From Antedon mediterranea (taxonomy: Eukaryota; Animalia; Echinodermata): a DNA stretch of 64,000 bases. The DNA lies in the NCBI RefSeq assembly GCF_964355755.1, contig NC_092675.1:5141812-5205811 (forward strand). The letters are read 5' to 3'. The translations under genes were made by a program, and so were the position numbers. Of this stretch, positions 49,171-62,014 are shown piece after piece. How positions within the stretch are numbered: the first letter of the stretch is position 1; each line of letters starts with the position of its first letter. The notes below the pieces were generated by a model. That model was not told where the DNA came from. It saw only the letters and a list, made by a program, of their open reading frames with translations, and searched no databases.

Positions 49171-50731
49171 TGGTCTACAAGTAATACTATTGTATTAATT
49201 GAGAATCCTAACTCTGAATTTTATAAATAAATTGTATTACTTACTCAGATCGTACTATTAAACTAGACTTCACTGAAAGATCATCGAAACAGATATGTTG
49301 AAATATTATGAGGAAGCAAATTATAAATTACATTTTAGGCTTAATGAATTGTGAATTTTGTGGTAATATTTAGTCATATTCTTCGCTTCAGTTCAGTTTT
49401 GATTTTGAATTGATTAATTGTAGGTCCATGACGTCACCCCATCATACACAAAACTAAACGGGCAAACTACGCAGTATCAATTGACATGCATATTTTCATT
49501 AAAATGTTACAAAATCATATTCGTAATCATATCTATCAAAGAGAATTGAGCTCATATACTTAGATTATATTTTTTTTTTGCAAAATATATAAAAAAAAGA
49601 TTAAGGGCACTCTTAGACGCACCATGTTTCTTCCTCACCCCACACGACGGTGAATTAAACTTTTATGATACAGTATATTTATAATATTTCGTTTTACCTG
49701 TACTTACATTCTTTAAACCTAAACGATGTGCAACTGTGCAGTCCCTGTAAAAGATTTACAAAATCTCTCATTTTATTTGGAAATTTTAGTAATCCTAAAA
49801 ATATTCATGGGTTTTCCCGAGTACCAAAAATTAACATCAGTATTATCATAATACTGTAATACCAAAGACAAATATAATAAACAATACTGTTATAAACAAA
49901 TCTGATTCATACGTTCTTTTAATATTCTCACTTATAAATGATAATACCGTTATTATCTTCAAACCTCATTACAACTTGAACGGTGGCTGTCTTTGAAATA
50001 AAAATTCAAGGTTCAAACTAAATAGGCCTAATACAATTTTTATTATTAATAAATCAAGTCTCTATATATTATTTCTACCATAATGTTAATTGGAGCTCCA
50101 CTCCATCCCTCATACTTCATATTTGTTCAAATGTTTTCAATGTGTACGATTTTTTTGAAAATCACGCCTTATTTTAGGGGATATCTTTTACATGCAAAAG
50201 AGGAGGTATGAATAATCCTAAAAAAATGTATTTCTTAACTAAAAAAAAACTGTTTCCAGATCTTTTTATTTTTTGTATTTTTATTGAGTATAGGCCCTAC
50301 ATTGCGCAATCTTGCTTAAATAGACACTTTTCCCAAATCGATAAATAAGCACTTTCGAATCCATGAATAGGCCTAGACATAATGCATTCAAGCCTAGCTA
50401 GCTAGGCTGAGTAGACGGCTAGAACAAGCTTAATGAGCAAGTTAATTAAGATGATGCTGATGTAAAGTGCAAATTATTATCTTACATGTAAAACATACTG
50501 ACATTTTTATCTGAAATAGTACTTGGGCCTAAACAAATTGCATTCATTGTGTGTGTATAACATTGATTTGCCATTTTTATACACTAATTTACCAAAGGGG
50601 AAATTACACCAACGAACAAAAAGTGTCCGTCGCCAAGTGTAACGCGTTTCGCAACGTATTGTAAACTAATAACCTCTAAGTTACTGAAAAAAGGTGTAAT
50701 GTATTTAATAAACACTATTTTCTCTGACCGA

Positions 50732-50954
50732 TTTTTAGTCGCGTGCAACGCGACTCTACAGCTCAATATGTCGGTCGGTTGGTCGGTCGGTCAGTCGGTT
50801 GGTCGGTAAACACTAACTTGAGCACGCGACTGCAACCATTATATATGACCTTGTTAGTCGCGTAGAACGCGACTCTACAGCTCACTATGACGGTCGGTTG
50901 GTCGGTAAACACTAACTTGAGCACGCGACTGCAGCCATGTATATGGCGTTGTTT
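50732..50954 (-). mobile_element. Two tandem HINE/DINE-1-like elements
   Basis: Two head-to-tail copies of the 36968 element, with hairpin AGTCGCGTGCAACGCGACT and (GGTC)n. Confidence 0.7.
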
Positions 50955-51802
50955 AGAAATGTTTTTTCAGTTTCAAGTATACATACTTAAACATAATATA
51001 AGCTGAGAAAATCTGAGTGAAGTTATGTTTGATTTATATTAATGATTGACGTAATGTCTAATCGGACACAAATAAAAAGTTCCTATACTTGTTTGTTTAT
51101 TATGTGCATGTTCAAGGAGTCCGGTATGCATATTGCAACAAGCCAGATATGTATATGAGCCAATTATATCTTACATATTTTCGATTACATTTTAAAACTC
51201 AACTAAATTATACTGTATTATTTTGTTTATTTCATTATTATAGGCCTGGTTCTACATATTATCATGGGTTAGTGTCCTGTTTAAAAAGTACAGAGTGTGG
51301 TAATTAATGTAAAAACAAATAATATATGTTGAAACAAGTATAATCTTGGAAAAATACATCTGTTTTCAAATGATTTGTTATGTTAGTATTCGTTTACTTT
51401 TGTTAAACCATAAACAAATAGACTTACTAATGACACTTAAATTATTGAAGGAGAGGATATTATCTAGCAAGAAAGGTAAACGAATTCATCTGGATAAGAA
51501 CAACAGAAAACAACGCCAACGAATAGCTGACACAAGAAAAAGTGGTGGCGCCAGTGGGTTACCCAAAAAAGAAAATTTATGTTTTTTTATTAATTTATTT
51601 TTATATATTAATAAATCAACTATGACCATTATAAATAAATTATGTTATTAAACGGTAGTTCTAACAGCTTTAAAACCTTGATAAATACCACAAAACATCA
51701 ATCATTTGTTTTCTATACCCTTGCTTCAAGACACTGCAATTTGCACAACAGTCAGGCGTTGAGCAAATTGCAAGTGCAGAACTTTCCCCCTGACCGATTT
51801 TG

Positions 51803-52060
51803 AAATATAGAGCTGTTGGGTCCCCGGAAATGGCACTTTGCTTGATTTGTTGAAATAAAACAAAATATATAAGTCTCACCAGGTTGAGATGGAGCTAAGA
51901 AAATTGTAAAAAATAAAGCAGGTCCCCGGAAATATGACTTATTATACTTAGAAATATGAAACAAAATAGGCCTATATAAGTCTCCATGATCAGCCCTACC
52001 ATGGCTGAGGCTGAGCTAACACAATTTGGAAAAATAGAGCTGCTGGGTTCCCGGAAATTT
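51803..52060. repeat. Degenerate ~110-120 bp tandem repeat (3 units)
   Basis: AAAATA.AGC..(G)GGT(C/T)CCCGGAAAT recurs near 51803, 51910 and 52030. Confidence 0.55.
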
Positions 52061-52399
52061 CAATTATTTGACCTGCTAGTGTTAAAAAGATACTAAGAGA
52101 CACATTTCAAAAGCCGGCGATCTACAGTAGTACTGAACAGTCTTAACGTAACGTTAGGTTCATTTTACATAGAGGGCCAAAGGTGTGTGTAGACGTAGTT
52201 AATTTTCCCTCTACACTGATTGTCTTTTAAAATACATTTTCTTGATTTTTGGATATACCAACAGTTAAATAACTGACATATCGATACAGCAACAAATATT
52301 GATTGAAGAAAACTGTTTTAATTTACAAGCTGTGAGTTAGGATTATATCATTTTCTTCACTTTGATCAGCTAGGCCTTTCGCGCCTTTTAATACGTTTG

Positions 52400-55300
52400 T
52401 TGCTAACGCCGGTAACCAGGGACGCCAAGCATTGTGCTTACCACCATATGGTACGTTACGTTTAGTCTTTTGACTAGGCCTAGGTTCACTCTCCTCATCT
52501 AAATCATTGGCTGTTTGGATATTTTTTTTTTTTAAACAAACTAGTGCGGATTATCACAACAATAATATTTACAGTTACTTTTGGTCGTACTGTAATTTTG
52601 TTTTTTGTATCGTGACAACCGATGAAACGCTTGTCTTTGAATGCTTACATTTTTAACATAAAACAACGTATTTCCTACTTTTGCTCATCATCATGCAGTA
52701 TAAAGTACAATTTAGAACATTATTCATCCATTTACTATGTATCATAGTAAGAATATGCACCCTAAGTCAACCGACTTTAGACTTCACTGAAGTCGGACCT
52801 GACATCGCAAGCAACTGGTCAGCACCTACCCACATTAAGCAGGATAACTTGGATTTGAGATCACCACTCTGGCAAATGTACGGTGCAAGCTCTTCGAGAT
52901 ATCATCACCACTTAACGTTAAGTTACTTGATCATTATTGCTGGGGGTGTCTCCCTAAATCCTGGACCTCAACAAAAGTCATATTGTGACGTATGCAGTAG
53001 AGGATTTAACAAGCGAAGTAAAATCATCAGACGCAATGCATGCGACATTAAAACAATACATACAAAGTGCGCCGGTAAGTCATCCTCTTATATTTGCGAT
53101 ATATGCTCCTGGAACTCGCTCCCTTAATATGATGCAGACTTTCATGAAAATCAGAACCAAGATGTATCTGACGCTAATCAGATTGATCCCCTAGACGATG
53201 ACATGGACGACATCGCAAAAACAATTAACAAACAAGGAATGCATTTTCTTCAACTTAATGTACGATCGCTGATTCCCAAAATATCTGAAATAAGGGAAAT
53301 CGCATTAAAATCAAAGGCAGCAGTTATATCCATCACCGAGTCTTGGCTAGATGAGACTGTTCCTGATAATGAAGTAAACATAGATGGATATACCTTAGTT
53401 CGCAATGATAGATCTTCTCGTAGAGGAGGTGGAGTATGTATGTATGTACGTACGGACAAAGCGTTTACCAAGAGAGAAGATTTAATGGACAAAAATGTTG
53501 AATCAGTATGGATTGAAATCAACCTCCCGGATACAAAACCAATCGTTGTTGGAACATATTACCGTCCTCCTGAACAGAATGTCAACAATTTTCTAAACTT
53601 TTTCGAAGACACTGTAAATAAAATTAACAACCAGGGCCTGTTTCTGCTGCAACTGCTCAAAATACGGTATAAAAATACGGTATAAAATACGGTATTTTTT
53701 ATACCGTATTTTTTAGTACCCCGTTTCTGCTAACAATACTTCTTGGGTGGTCGTGTTAAATTTCATCTTTTTTACCCAAATTGCCATTCATTTATTTGAT
53801 CGATAATTAAAAGTCGCAATAAAGGAAGTTTTACGTCTCACTTTCAACAGCCTAGCCCTAGTGATAGAGATGTTGTGAGAGCACAGAAAACATCGTAATG
53901 GGGACAATTAATTCGTTCCCTCCCCGAATTATTGTATTTTGCAATGTTGTACTGCTTTCGCAGGCTCTTCAGCTTTGAGTTTACTTGCTTTGGAGACAAG
54001 TTTATTCCATACTCCTGCTTTATTTTTTTAGAAATGTCTTTATAAATGTGGTTGTCCCTTTTATTACCTTTTAGTTGGTCAGACATTAGCTTCCCCACAC
54101 ACATTTATTTAGTAAAACTGTGACGTCTTCGCTCCACATTTTCGCCGAATATATCTATACATGTGTGTAAAGCAGCTAACAGCGACAGAAAATAAAAACA
54201 CGAATGGTGACCTTTTGTCATGTAAAAAAAAATACGGTATTTTTTATTGGCAGGAGAAACGGGTACAAAAAATACGGTATAAATTTGTAAATACCGTATT
54301 TTATCCACAAATTTTGTGGGGAAAATACGGTATACAAAATACGGTATATTTTTTATGAGCGCAGTTTCTGCTGCCAAAAATATACCGTATATATACGGTA
54401 TTCAAAAAATACCGTATAATATACGGTATTTAGTTGGCAGCAGAAACAGGGCCCTTGAAACCATCATAAATGGTGATTTGAACATAAATACTAACAGAGA
54501 TTGTACTCAATCTACGAATTATAAAAACGTTCTCGAATTACTAGGATTCTCTAACTTGATAAGTGATGACACTCGTTTTGACAGGAATTCATCCTCATGT
54601 TTAGACCAAATCCTATGTAATTCTCAAGACAACATTTCTAATCCGGTGTTATAAACACAGGCCTAAGTGATCATATGCTGATATTTTGCACACGCAAATC
54701 TTGTAAAGCAAAATATTCATCGCATAAGACCATTTACTCAAGATCATTTAAACAGTACAACAAAGAGGAATTCCTGTCAAAACTGTCCGAAATAGATTGG
54801 ACAAACGTTACATCTAAAGTTAATGTTAACGACGCATGGTCGTCATTTAAGGAAGCTCTTAGCTCCGTCATAAATTGTGTGGCACCCCTTAGAAAGATGA
54901 GGGTGAAACAAAGGTCAGATCCATGGTTTAACACAGATATTCTAAATGATATACGAACTCGTGATCAATATTTTAATAAATTTAAAAAGAGTAAAATCAA
55001 AGAAGATCATGATATGTATTGTAAATTAAGAAACAAGGTCAAGCGCAATGTTAAAAAAGCTAAATCAACGTATTTTCGAAATAAAATAATTGAAAATAAA
55101 AACAATCCTAAGAAATTATGGCAACATCTTAAGAAATTAGGATATAGTGAAAAGACGTCTGAACAAGCTAAAGTTGTTTTGGAAATAAATGAATTAAAAA
55201 TTCACAATCCACAAGAGGTTGCTACACATTTTAATAATCATTTTACCAATGTAGCAAGATATCTTGTTGATAAACTTCCACCCATGAGTAACATGTTTAA

Positions 55301-57199
55301 CTATGGTTCCAAAATTGTAAAAGACTTTTATTCTTCAAAAGTTACAACTCTTTTTAGCCTTAAACCTGTGTCAGAAGAATTCATTCTTAAACAACTTGAA
55401 AGTCTTGACCCTACGAAAAGTACAGGTCTCGATGGGCTACCAGCTAAATTCCTTAAAGATGGCGCCGGTGTACTGGCTTCCCCTTTAACGTATTTTATCA
55501 ATTTGTCAATTAATACAGGAGTTGTTCCGAGTGATTTTAAAATAGCTAAAGTCATCCCACTGTATAAAAAAAAATGTCGTAAAAATCCAGAAAACTATAG
55601 ACCCATCAGCGTCTTAAGTGTTGTCTCAAAAATTCTCGAAAGGTCGGTTCATGTTCAGTTAGAACAGTACCTTGTGGAAAATGATCTTATTTATCAATAT
55701 CAGTCAGGTTTTCGGCAATTTCATTCTACCGAAAGTACTTTAATTAATCTTTTAGACACAATTAAATTAAATAACTCCGTAGGTACACATAACTGGTATG
55801 GTACTTATAGATTTATGTAAGGCATTCGACACTGTCGATCATGATATATTGTGTGAAAAGCTTTTGTTAATGGGCATCACCTCATTAGATGGTTTCGTTC
55901 ATATTTGTCAAACAAAAGCCAAATTGTTAAAATCGAAGACTCCTTATCCGTTCCCATGGATATTTCATGTGGAGTTCCACAGGGTAGCATACTGGGTCCT
56001 TTGCTTTTTTTATGTTTCATAAACGATATGGTTCTAAGTATCGACCCTGAATGCAAATTGCTGTTATATGCTGATGACAGTGCAATTGTTTTCTGGCACA
56101 AAGATCCGACTGTCGTCGCTGATAAACTTAGTAAAGCTCTTGATTCATGTAGAGTATGGCTTGTCGATAACAAACTATCTATCAATATCAGTAAAACTGA
56201 ATCTATCATCTTTTTTACCCAAAAAAGACTTCAACGTTTACGATCTTTCAATATTATTTCTCATGGCCTTACTTTAACGGGTTCTAAGTCAGTAAAATAT
56301 TTAGGTATAGAACTTGATAGTTCTGCCTCTTGTAACAACATCGCCAAAAGTGTTATAAAAAAGGCGAATAGTAGATTAAGGTATTTATATCGTCAGGCTA
56401 GTTGCTTGGACAAAAATACGAAAAAACTGTTATGCTCTGCCTTAATTCAATGCTTGTTTGATTATTGTGCTTCGACTTGGTATGAAGGTATTGACAAAGT
56501 TTTGAAGCAAAAACTACAGACCACTCAGAACAAATTTGTGCGTTTTATTTACGGTTTCGGACCACGATCTCATATTGGTCAGAAGGAGTTATCAGACATT
56601 GGCATGCTTAAGGTGGAAAGTAGAGTAAAATTTCTCAGGCTTTGTAATGTTCATAAAATTGTCAATAACAATGCAGCTCCATATCTATCTGAACATTTCT
56701 CACGGACATCCACAATCCACACACATAACACACGCCAACGTAATGTTAATCTGGTTTTACCTCTACTTAAAGGAAATAAACAGTCTCATTCTACTTTTTT
56801 CTTCTCTGCTATCAAAGACGGGAACGCTCTTCCATCAAACTTAAAATTAATTTCCAACTTAACTACCTTCAAATCTCATATTAAAAAACATTTTGAACGC
56901 AATATTTTATATTTAGAATAATTTTGATAACTATAATGGTCTTGATAACGTGCAATTTTTCTCATTACTTGTTTGCTTTCTCTTTTAATTTTTCTGTTTT
57001 ACTGGGCTTTATTTAATGTATATTTATATATTTATAGTTTTATAAATGTTGTATTTTCTCTTGTTTGTTATGTGCAATTTTGACCCCATTGAAAATGGGC
57101 TGGTTTTTCCGGCCTAATGGGTGTTCCTGATGCTCGTTATTTTGTCTTTTGTCTGTTTGTTATTTTAATGTTGAGCATCAAATAAATTCAATCAATCAA
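52400..57199 (+). mobile_element. Near full-length degenerate L2/Crack-group LINE (leader, 2A-like motif, PHD, APE, RT); 5' boundary uncertain
   Basis: ORF pieces: 52693-53127 (LNPGP plus Cys/His finger), 53203-53632 (LNVRSL, ITESWL, GGGV, YRPP), 54456-54654 (GDLN), 54675-55820 (NYRPISVL) and 55905-56921 (GVPQGSILGP, YADD). 3' tail AATAAATTCAATCAATCAA. Several frameshifts. Confidence 0.93.
53633..54455 (-). mobile_element. PIF/Harbinger-group deletion derivative with a Myb/SANT-like remnant, inserted in the LINE endonuclease
   Basis: TIRs AGGGC(C)CTGTTTCTGCTGC(C)AACT; many AAATACGGTAT subterminal repeats at both ends. ORF 53844-54104 (IYKDISKKI...SPKQVNSKLKSLRKQY...CPHYD) resembles a trihelix Myb/SANT domain. 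The APE frame resumes after the insert. No clean TSD. Confidence 0.75.
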
Positions 57200-57296
57200 C
57201 CATAAAAAAATAAAAATAAAAAGTAGAATATTAATAATAATAAAAAATAATAATAATAAAATATATAAAAAAAAGTAATAAGGATGATGAAAAAAA

Positions 57297-57358
57297 TCCT
57301 CAGCAGGAATTGAACCAGGGACCTCAACTGTGTAAGGCTGGATATATAACCATTACAA
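57297..57358 (-). repeat. Degenerate tRNA-like sequence (SINE head or pseudo-tRNA)
   Basis: Minus strand has GTAATGGTTA (A-box-like) and GGTTCAATTCC (B box); stems pair poorly. Confidence 0.4.
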
Positions 57359-58231
57359 CAAAATCACAAACAAACGCAAGTTTTACAGCAATTAGCCGGC
57401 CTAGTTACACTTAGAACTAAGACACAAACATAAACAAAAATGTCGGGAGAAATTATATGTAGGGGAATTATACTTTAGGCGGAGGTATTTACCTTCGGAG
57501 TGCTCTTCTAGTTATTAATGTGATTGGTTTATTTGTGTAAACTGTTAATGTATCATTTAATTACAAAGTAGTGACATATAGTAAAACCTTCTTCGGCGCA
57601 CCCTTCTACATTGGCCTCCTTTATCAGACTATAATGGTTATTTTCTCCGACAAATTGAATTTGCTGATAATTACAATATTTTATAACACATTTACGACTA
57701 TTATCTGTCTACGCCCAGAAAAGAAAATAGTACTGTGACATTACAATATTATATAAAAATATCAAATTAATTAGCATCAAACTAACAGATTTAGTACTTA
57801 ATAGTACAAAAATTCCAAATTAGGTTATGTTTAACTAGAATTCATCAACCTGCCAATTTACCAGCAATGGAAGAAAATTGTCGATATTGTTTGTTATGAA
57901 GTAAAAGTTTGACGTTTCCAACAATTGTTATGTTAATTAGGCGGTACGGTGCATTGTTTTATTTATTTATTTATTTTCAATCTTTCAACAATCAGAAACA
58001 AAAAGTTAAACGGAGGCAGTCGAGGTTTTGATTTCGTGTTCACTATTCAGGATGACTGAATCGGAATCGCATCAATCGCCGACTGGACGTGTTTATAATA
58101 TCTAATTCCTGTTACTTAATTTTATTTTTCCCTGCTACCACCATGGATTATGCTGCCACATGTACAATTTACGATGCGAGGGACCCCAACCCTAACAGAA
58201 AATAATGGCTCAGTTAGATATGTTTAACTAA

Positions 58232-58449
58232 ATGAAATTCTTGGTAAGAATATTGTTCTTAAAGTATTATTTCTTGGTAAGAATAATTTTCTTGATAAGA
58301 ATTTGTGTGATTCTTGTTAAGAATTTTACGATTCTTGGTAAGCAAAAAAGTATTGAAATATGGACAAGTCAAAATTTACTTGTTTCAAGAAATATTTTGC
58401 TTGAAACAAGTTTTTTTTTTCTTAAAACAAGAATCAGAATTTTGCTGTG
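58232..58449. mobile_element. One-ended CACTA-like MITE fragment flanked by a 17-bp direct repeat
   Basis: Repeated TTCTTG(G/A/T)TAAGAAT and a terminus ...AATTTTGCTGTG. TAGATATGTTTAACTAA occurs at 58215-58231 and 58450-58466. Confidence 0.55.
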
Positions 58450-58493
58450 TAGATATGTTTAACTAAGCATGACGAGTCACATTGTATTTAGAC

Positions 58494-59864
58494 CAGCGTT
58501 CCGCAACCTTTTTTGACAGCGACCCCATGATCCTATTTTGGAAATTTTCATGACCCAACATCGCGTATTTGATCTTACAGAATCACTCCGCCGCCCCCTC
58601 CCCCATCGGCACCATCTTTACAATGTTGTACATTATTTCTAATTTTCTGCCATGTATTTGTGTTCTTAAAATTGAGGGCGTTAAGCATAAAATTAAGATC
58701 GAATCCACAGAAAAAAAGCACTGACTGAACCAACATTTAAGTGACCCAGTACTATTGTCATAGTGTCCTCTCCCCCTACACAACGTCTCTGCCACACAGC
58801 ATTGAGGTCGTTTCAACGACATTACCAGATGCATTGACTTGCTTGTGTGGTGGAAAGGGGGACGTTTTATTCTGTGAACCCCACACAGTAGCATATAGCT
58901 TTAACTCTTTTCCACCACGACCAGCATGGGGTTCGAACCCATGACAACCGTGTTGTTAACACGAAGCTGCTCAGCCGACTGAGCTAACCGGTCATCTTGG
59001 ATATAAACAGGTTAATACCAGCTTTGACGGTCATAATTATGACGTAACGATGAATTACGTAATATGAAGTACGTATAAATAGACTATTGTCAGCTACTCA
59101 GTCATTACTTTGTTGCGTCACGGGTAATGCTCTGCATGTTCGAATATTCTAAGCGCTCTAGCTTGGGTTCAAAACTCTGCGGATTTTTTTTTTTTTTATG
59201 AAGTAAATATTGTTTTTATTTTATTTGGAAAGATATTGAGACAGTTAAGTTAATTTAGGAAATAGATAAGCTATCTTTGCGATTTCACTCTCGTTATAGT
59301 AATCTCTATTAATGGGGCCATAGGCATTTTACCACCCGCAGCCTGTAGCCAGCACATCAAATATGCACAAATTACCCATGGTGGGGCCTGTGACAGAGCG
59401 AATTTTGTTAAATGACACCCCTGGCTAGAAATGGTACTCTTGCACGTAAAAATTATGATAAATGGCACCTCTAGTTGGCCGGAAATGACACCATAATTAT
59501 AGCGCGCTCGCAATTGGCAAAACGACCGTAACCAGCTACTTTTTCCGCCGGTAAACACATTTGCGTTCAATGCAACGTCAAGGGGTTCTCCCGAACCATA
59601 AAGGTCTGAACAACATCGCTATGAGTGTAATTTGGGATGGACCAGTTTATATTGTTTTTTCTACTATTCTGTGGTTCATTGTAAAAGTTCCCACTGTAGA
59701 TGTAAAATGTAATCAGTGTTGTAGATTCTACAAAACTGAGAACATTTCACATATAGATCAGTGTAAAATTGATAAAAAGTTTCAGTATCGGAAACAATTT
59801 CGCGACCCATCAATTTGTTTTTTTGTGACCCAAACATGCGCGACCTATAGGTTGCGGAACGGCG
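58494..59864. mobile_element. hAT (Charlie-like) non-autonomous element with nested inserts
   Basis: Imperfect 15-bp TIRs CAGCGTTCCGCAACC / GGTTGCGGAACGGCG; exact 8-bp TSD ATTTAGAC at 58486-58493 and 59865-59872. Confidence 0.85.
58735..58993 (-). mobile_element. tRNA-derived SINE candidate nested in the hAT element
   Basis: Head GACCGGTTAGCTCAGTCGGCTGAGC...CGTGTTAACAACACG...ATGGGTTCGAACCCCATGCTGGTC folds as a cloverleaf with extra bases. It is followed by a GC-richer body with no immediate T-run terminator; the 3' boundary is approximate. Confidence 0.6.
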
Positions 59865-60452
59865 ATTTAGACCGTATTTTTAACATTATACCGTACGTTA
59901 AACAGGTCTGTATTTTAACATTTAAATTATACCGTACGTTTTAGGGGGTACAAATATTTTCCTTCCGAAATTTCTTATTTTATTGCCATGTTAAATAAAG
60001 TTTCGAGTTAGCTTTCATTCATGAGCGCCATCAGTTGGCGTTTTGATTTTTGGCTGTAATAATAAATAAATAAATATTATTAATCTGTAACTCTGACGGA
60101 GTGTTCTAGATGGCATATAATAAATAAATGCCGATTCAAAATAAGCGGACCTTCGAGTTGTTAATGAAGGCTTGTCTGTCCATTCCAACATTATCGAGAA
60201 CTTGTTTGAATAACGTGTTCGTATTTCTACCACGCTTCAAGCATTTGTCATCTTGGAAGAATAGCCCAAATATGTATTGTCTTACCAGTTATAACTCAAA
60301 TATCCGCCAAGAACTATATCCTACATTAAGATGCGGTGCGATTTTTTTCTTCGTACGTGAGTTCCTCCATCGGTTCGTTTTGGACTTAAATCGACTCTTC
60401 GGTAAGCTTGCGCACCAATGCGTGACAACGTACACAAACCCAAACGTGGTTT

Positions 60453-60548
60453 AACAAGGCAATATAGATGGATGCAGCCGCGTGCTGAAGTTAGTGTTTA
60501 ACGACCAACCGACCGACCGATCAACCGACGACGTTGCACGCGACTAAT
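60453..60548 (+). mobile_element. Degenerate HINE/DINE-1-like copy
   Basis: AACAAGGCAATAT...CGCGTGCTGAAGTTAGTGTTTA...(CCGA)n...GTTGCACGCGACTAA. Confidence 0.65.
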
Positions 60549-61761
60549 AATAATAACGATTTAAAGATCAGGTGTGGGCAAAACATTTCTATTCTTCATA
60601 CATTCCAATAATTATCGATCTATAGTTTCCCCTATGTTTCATAATTTGTTGGATTTTATTAGTAACAGTCGTGGTGTGTAATATCGCCCTCTCTGTGAAC
60701 AATATTGATACTATTGGGAAACTTTTTTACACACATTACTTTAATGTCACGCTCTTTTCACTATCACTATTATTCAATGAACTCGTTTTGACATCGGTTG
60801 GCTTTTTCATGCTCGTCTTCTTTTTTATACTTAATCATAGTCATCTTGAATACGGTAGATTATGGATGTATTGTTGGTGGATCATCGTAAGCATTAGGAT
60901 CAGAATGATTACTTTATTTTCAAATTTAATAGTACAGTACATGTGAAAAGTAAATACAAAAAAGGACAATATATATATACTATACCTTACAAGTCATTCA
61001 TTCATTGCTATTTGAACATTCAAATTAGCCCTCACGAAATTATAGGGAGACAAAATCTAAAATTAAATTGATTGTTCTTAAGAGATTGATTGATATAAAA
61101 TAAGGCCATTTTTCATTTGAAATTTCACATCTTGTCTTTGGTTTGTATTTTCGTTAAGCATGGCTTTTGTTTATTTATCTCCAAAAGCAAGTGTTGCCAC
61201 ACAAAATGTATATGTTTATTGACAGGGGCACGATAATTACGCGAAAATTACTCAGTCAATATCATTGTACCATGATTCAACTAATCATGTTTATTTACAC
61301 AGGTTATGTAAGATAACAATTTATTTGTGACGACATAAAGTGCAACGAAAAACTTAAGTTTATTATTTCAAAAATAATAGTGGTGCTATTATCTTTTTTT
61401 TTTAATTGCTATATCTTTTTAGTCGGTATTGTATCTTCTAGTCGGTATTGCATCTAACACTCTTCCGTCTTTGAAATCATTTTACAAGTTAAGTGACGAC
61501 AAGGAAATTAGTCACATCGGGTGAAAGTGAGCTCACCCTACTGGTCACCTATATCTTGTTTAATAAACTGTTAACGAGCCATATAAAACAATCAACGTAA
61601 ATAATTGTGTGGTATAGCCTGGGAGGTCTATACCACAATTAAATTTTATTATTTTTTCCGTCATCGACAGTCGTTTTTGTTGATAAATCAAGAATATAAT
61701 CGATATATATTATATATATATATAAATCAATGATGTTGCGTAGCACTGTGTAAATTATATA

Positions 61762-62008
61762 TAAATCATACTGTACGGTAAATTATAGAAACAGTGCTCA
61801 TATTCGGAACATGATCTCATAATCGCGTCGAGCATAGCTCATTGGCGAAAGTTCCGTATATTTTAGTTGTATGAAAAAATGTCTCTGGCGGGATTCGAAC
61901 CTGCAACCTCTCGCTTACAGGGCGAGTATCATACCACTAGACCACAGAGCCATGTATGGTATTATCACAGATTTTCACCCACCAGATACATTCTCTCATA
62001 CAACAAAC
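61762..62008 (-). repeat. Second copy of the tRNA-Pro-like cassette repeat (tRNA-like part 61880-61951)
   Basis: Reverse complement of 24254-24495 with few substitutions. Confidence 0.8.
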
Positions 62009-62014
62009 GCCCTC

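Noticed and set aside
54105-54654. ORFs with IRY/KYGI repeats
   Set aside because: They are translations of AAATACGGTAT subterminal repeats; only the last part of 54316-54654 is LINE endonuclease.
60128-60454. THAP-like or other gene in the 108-aa ORF
   Set aside because: No convincing C2CH or AVPTIF motif and no splice context; probably a decayed repeat.
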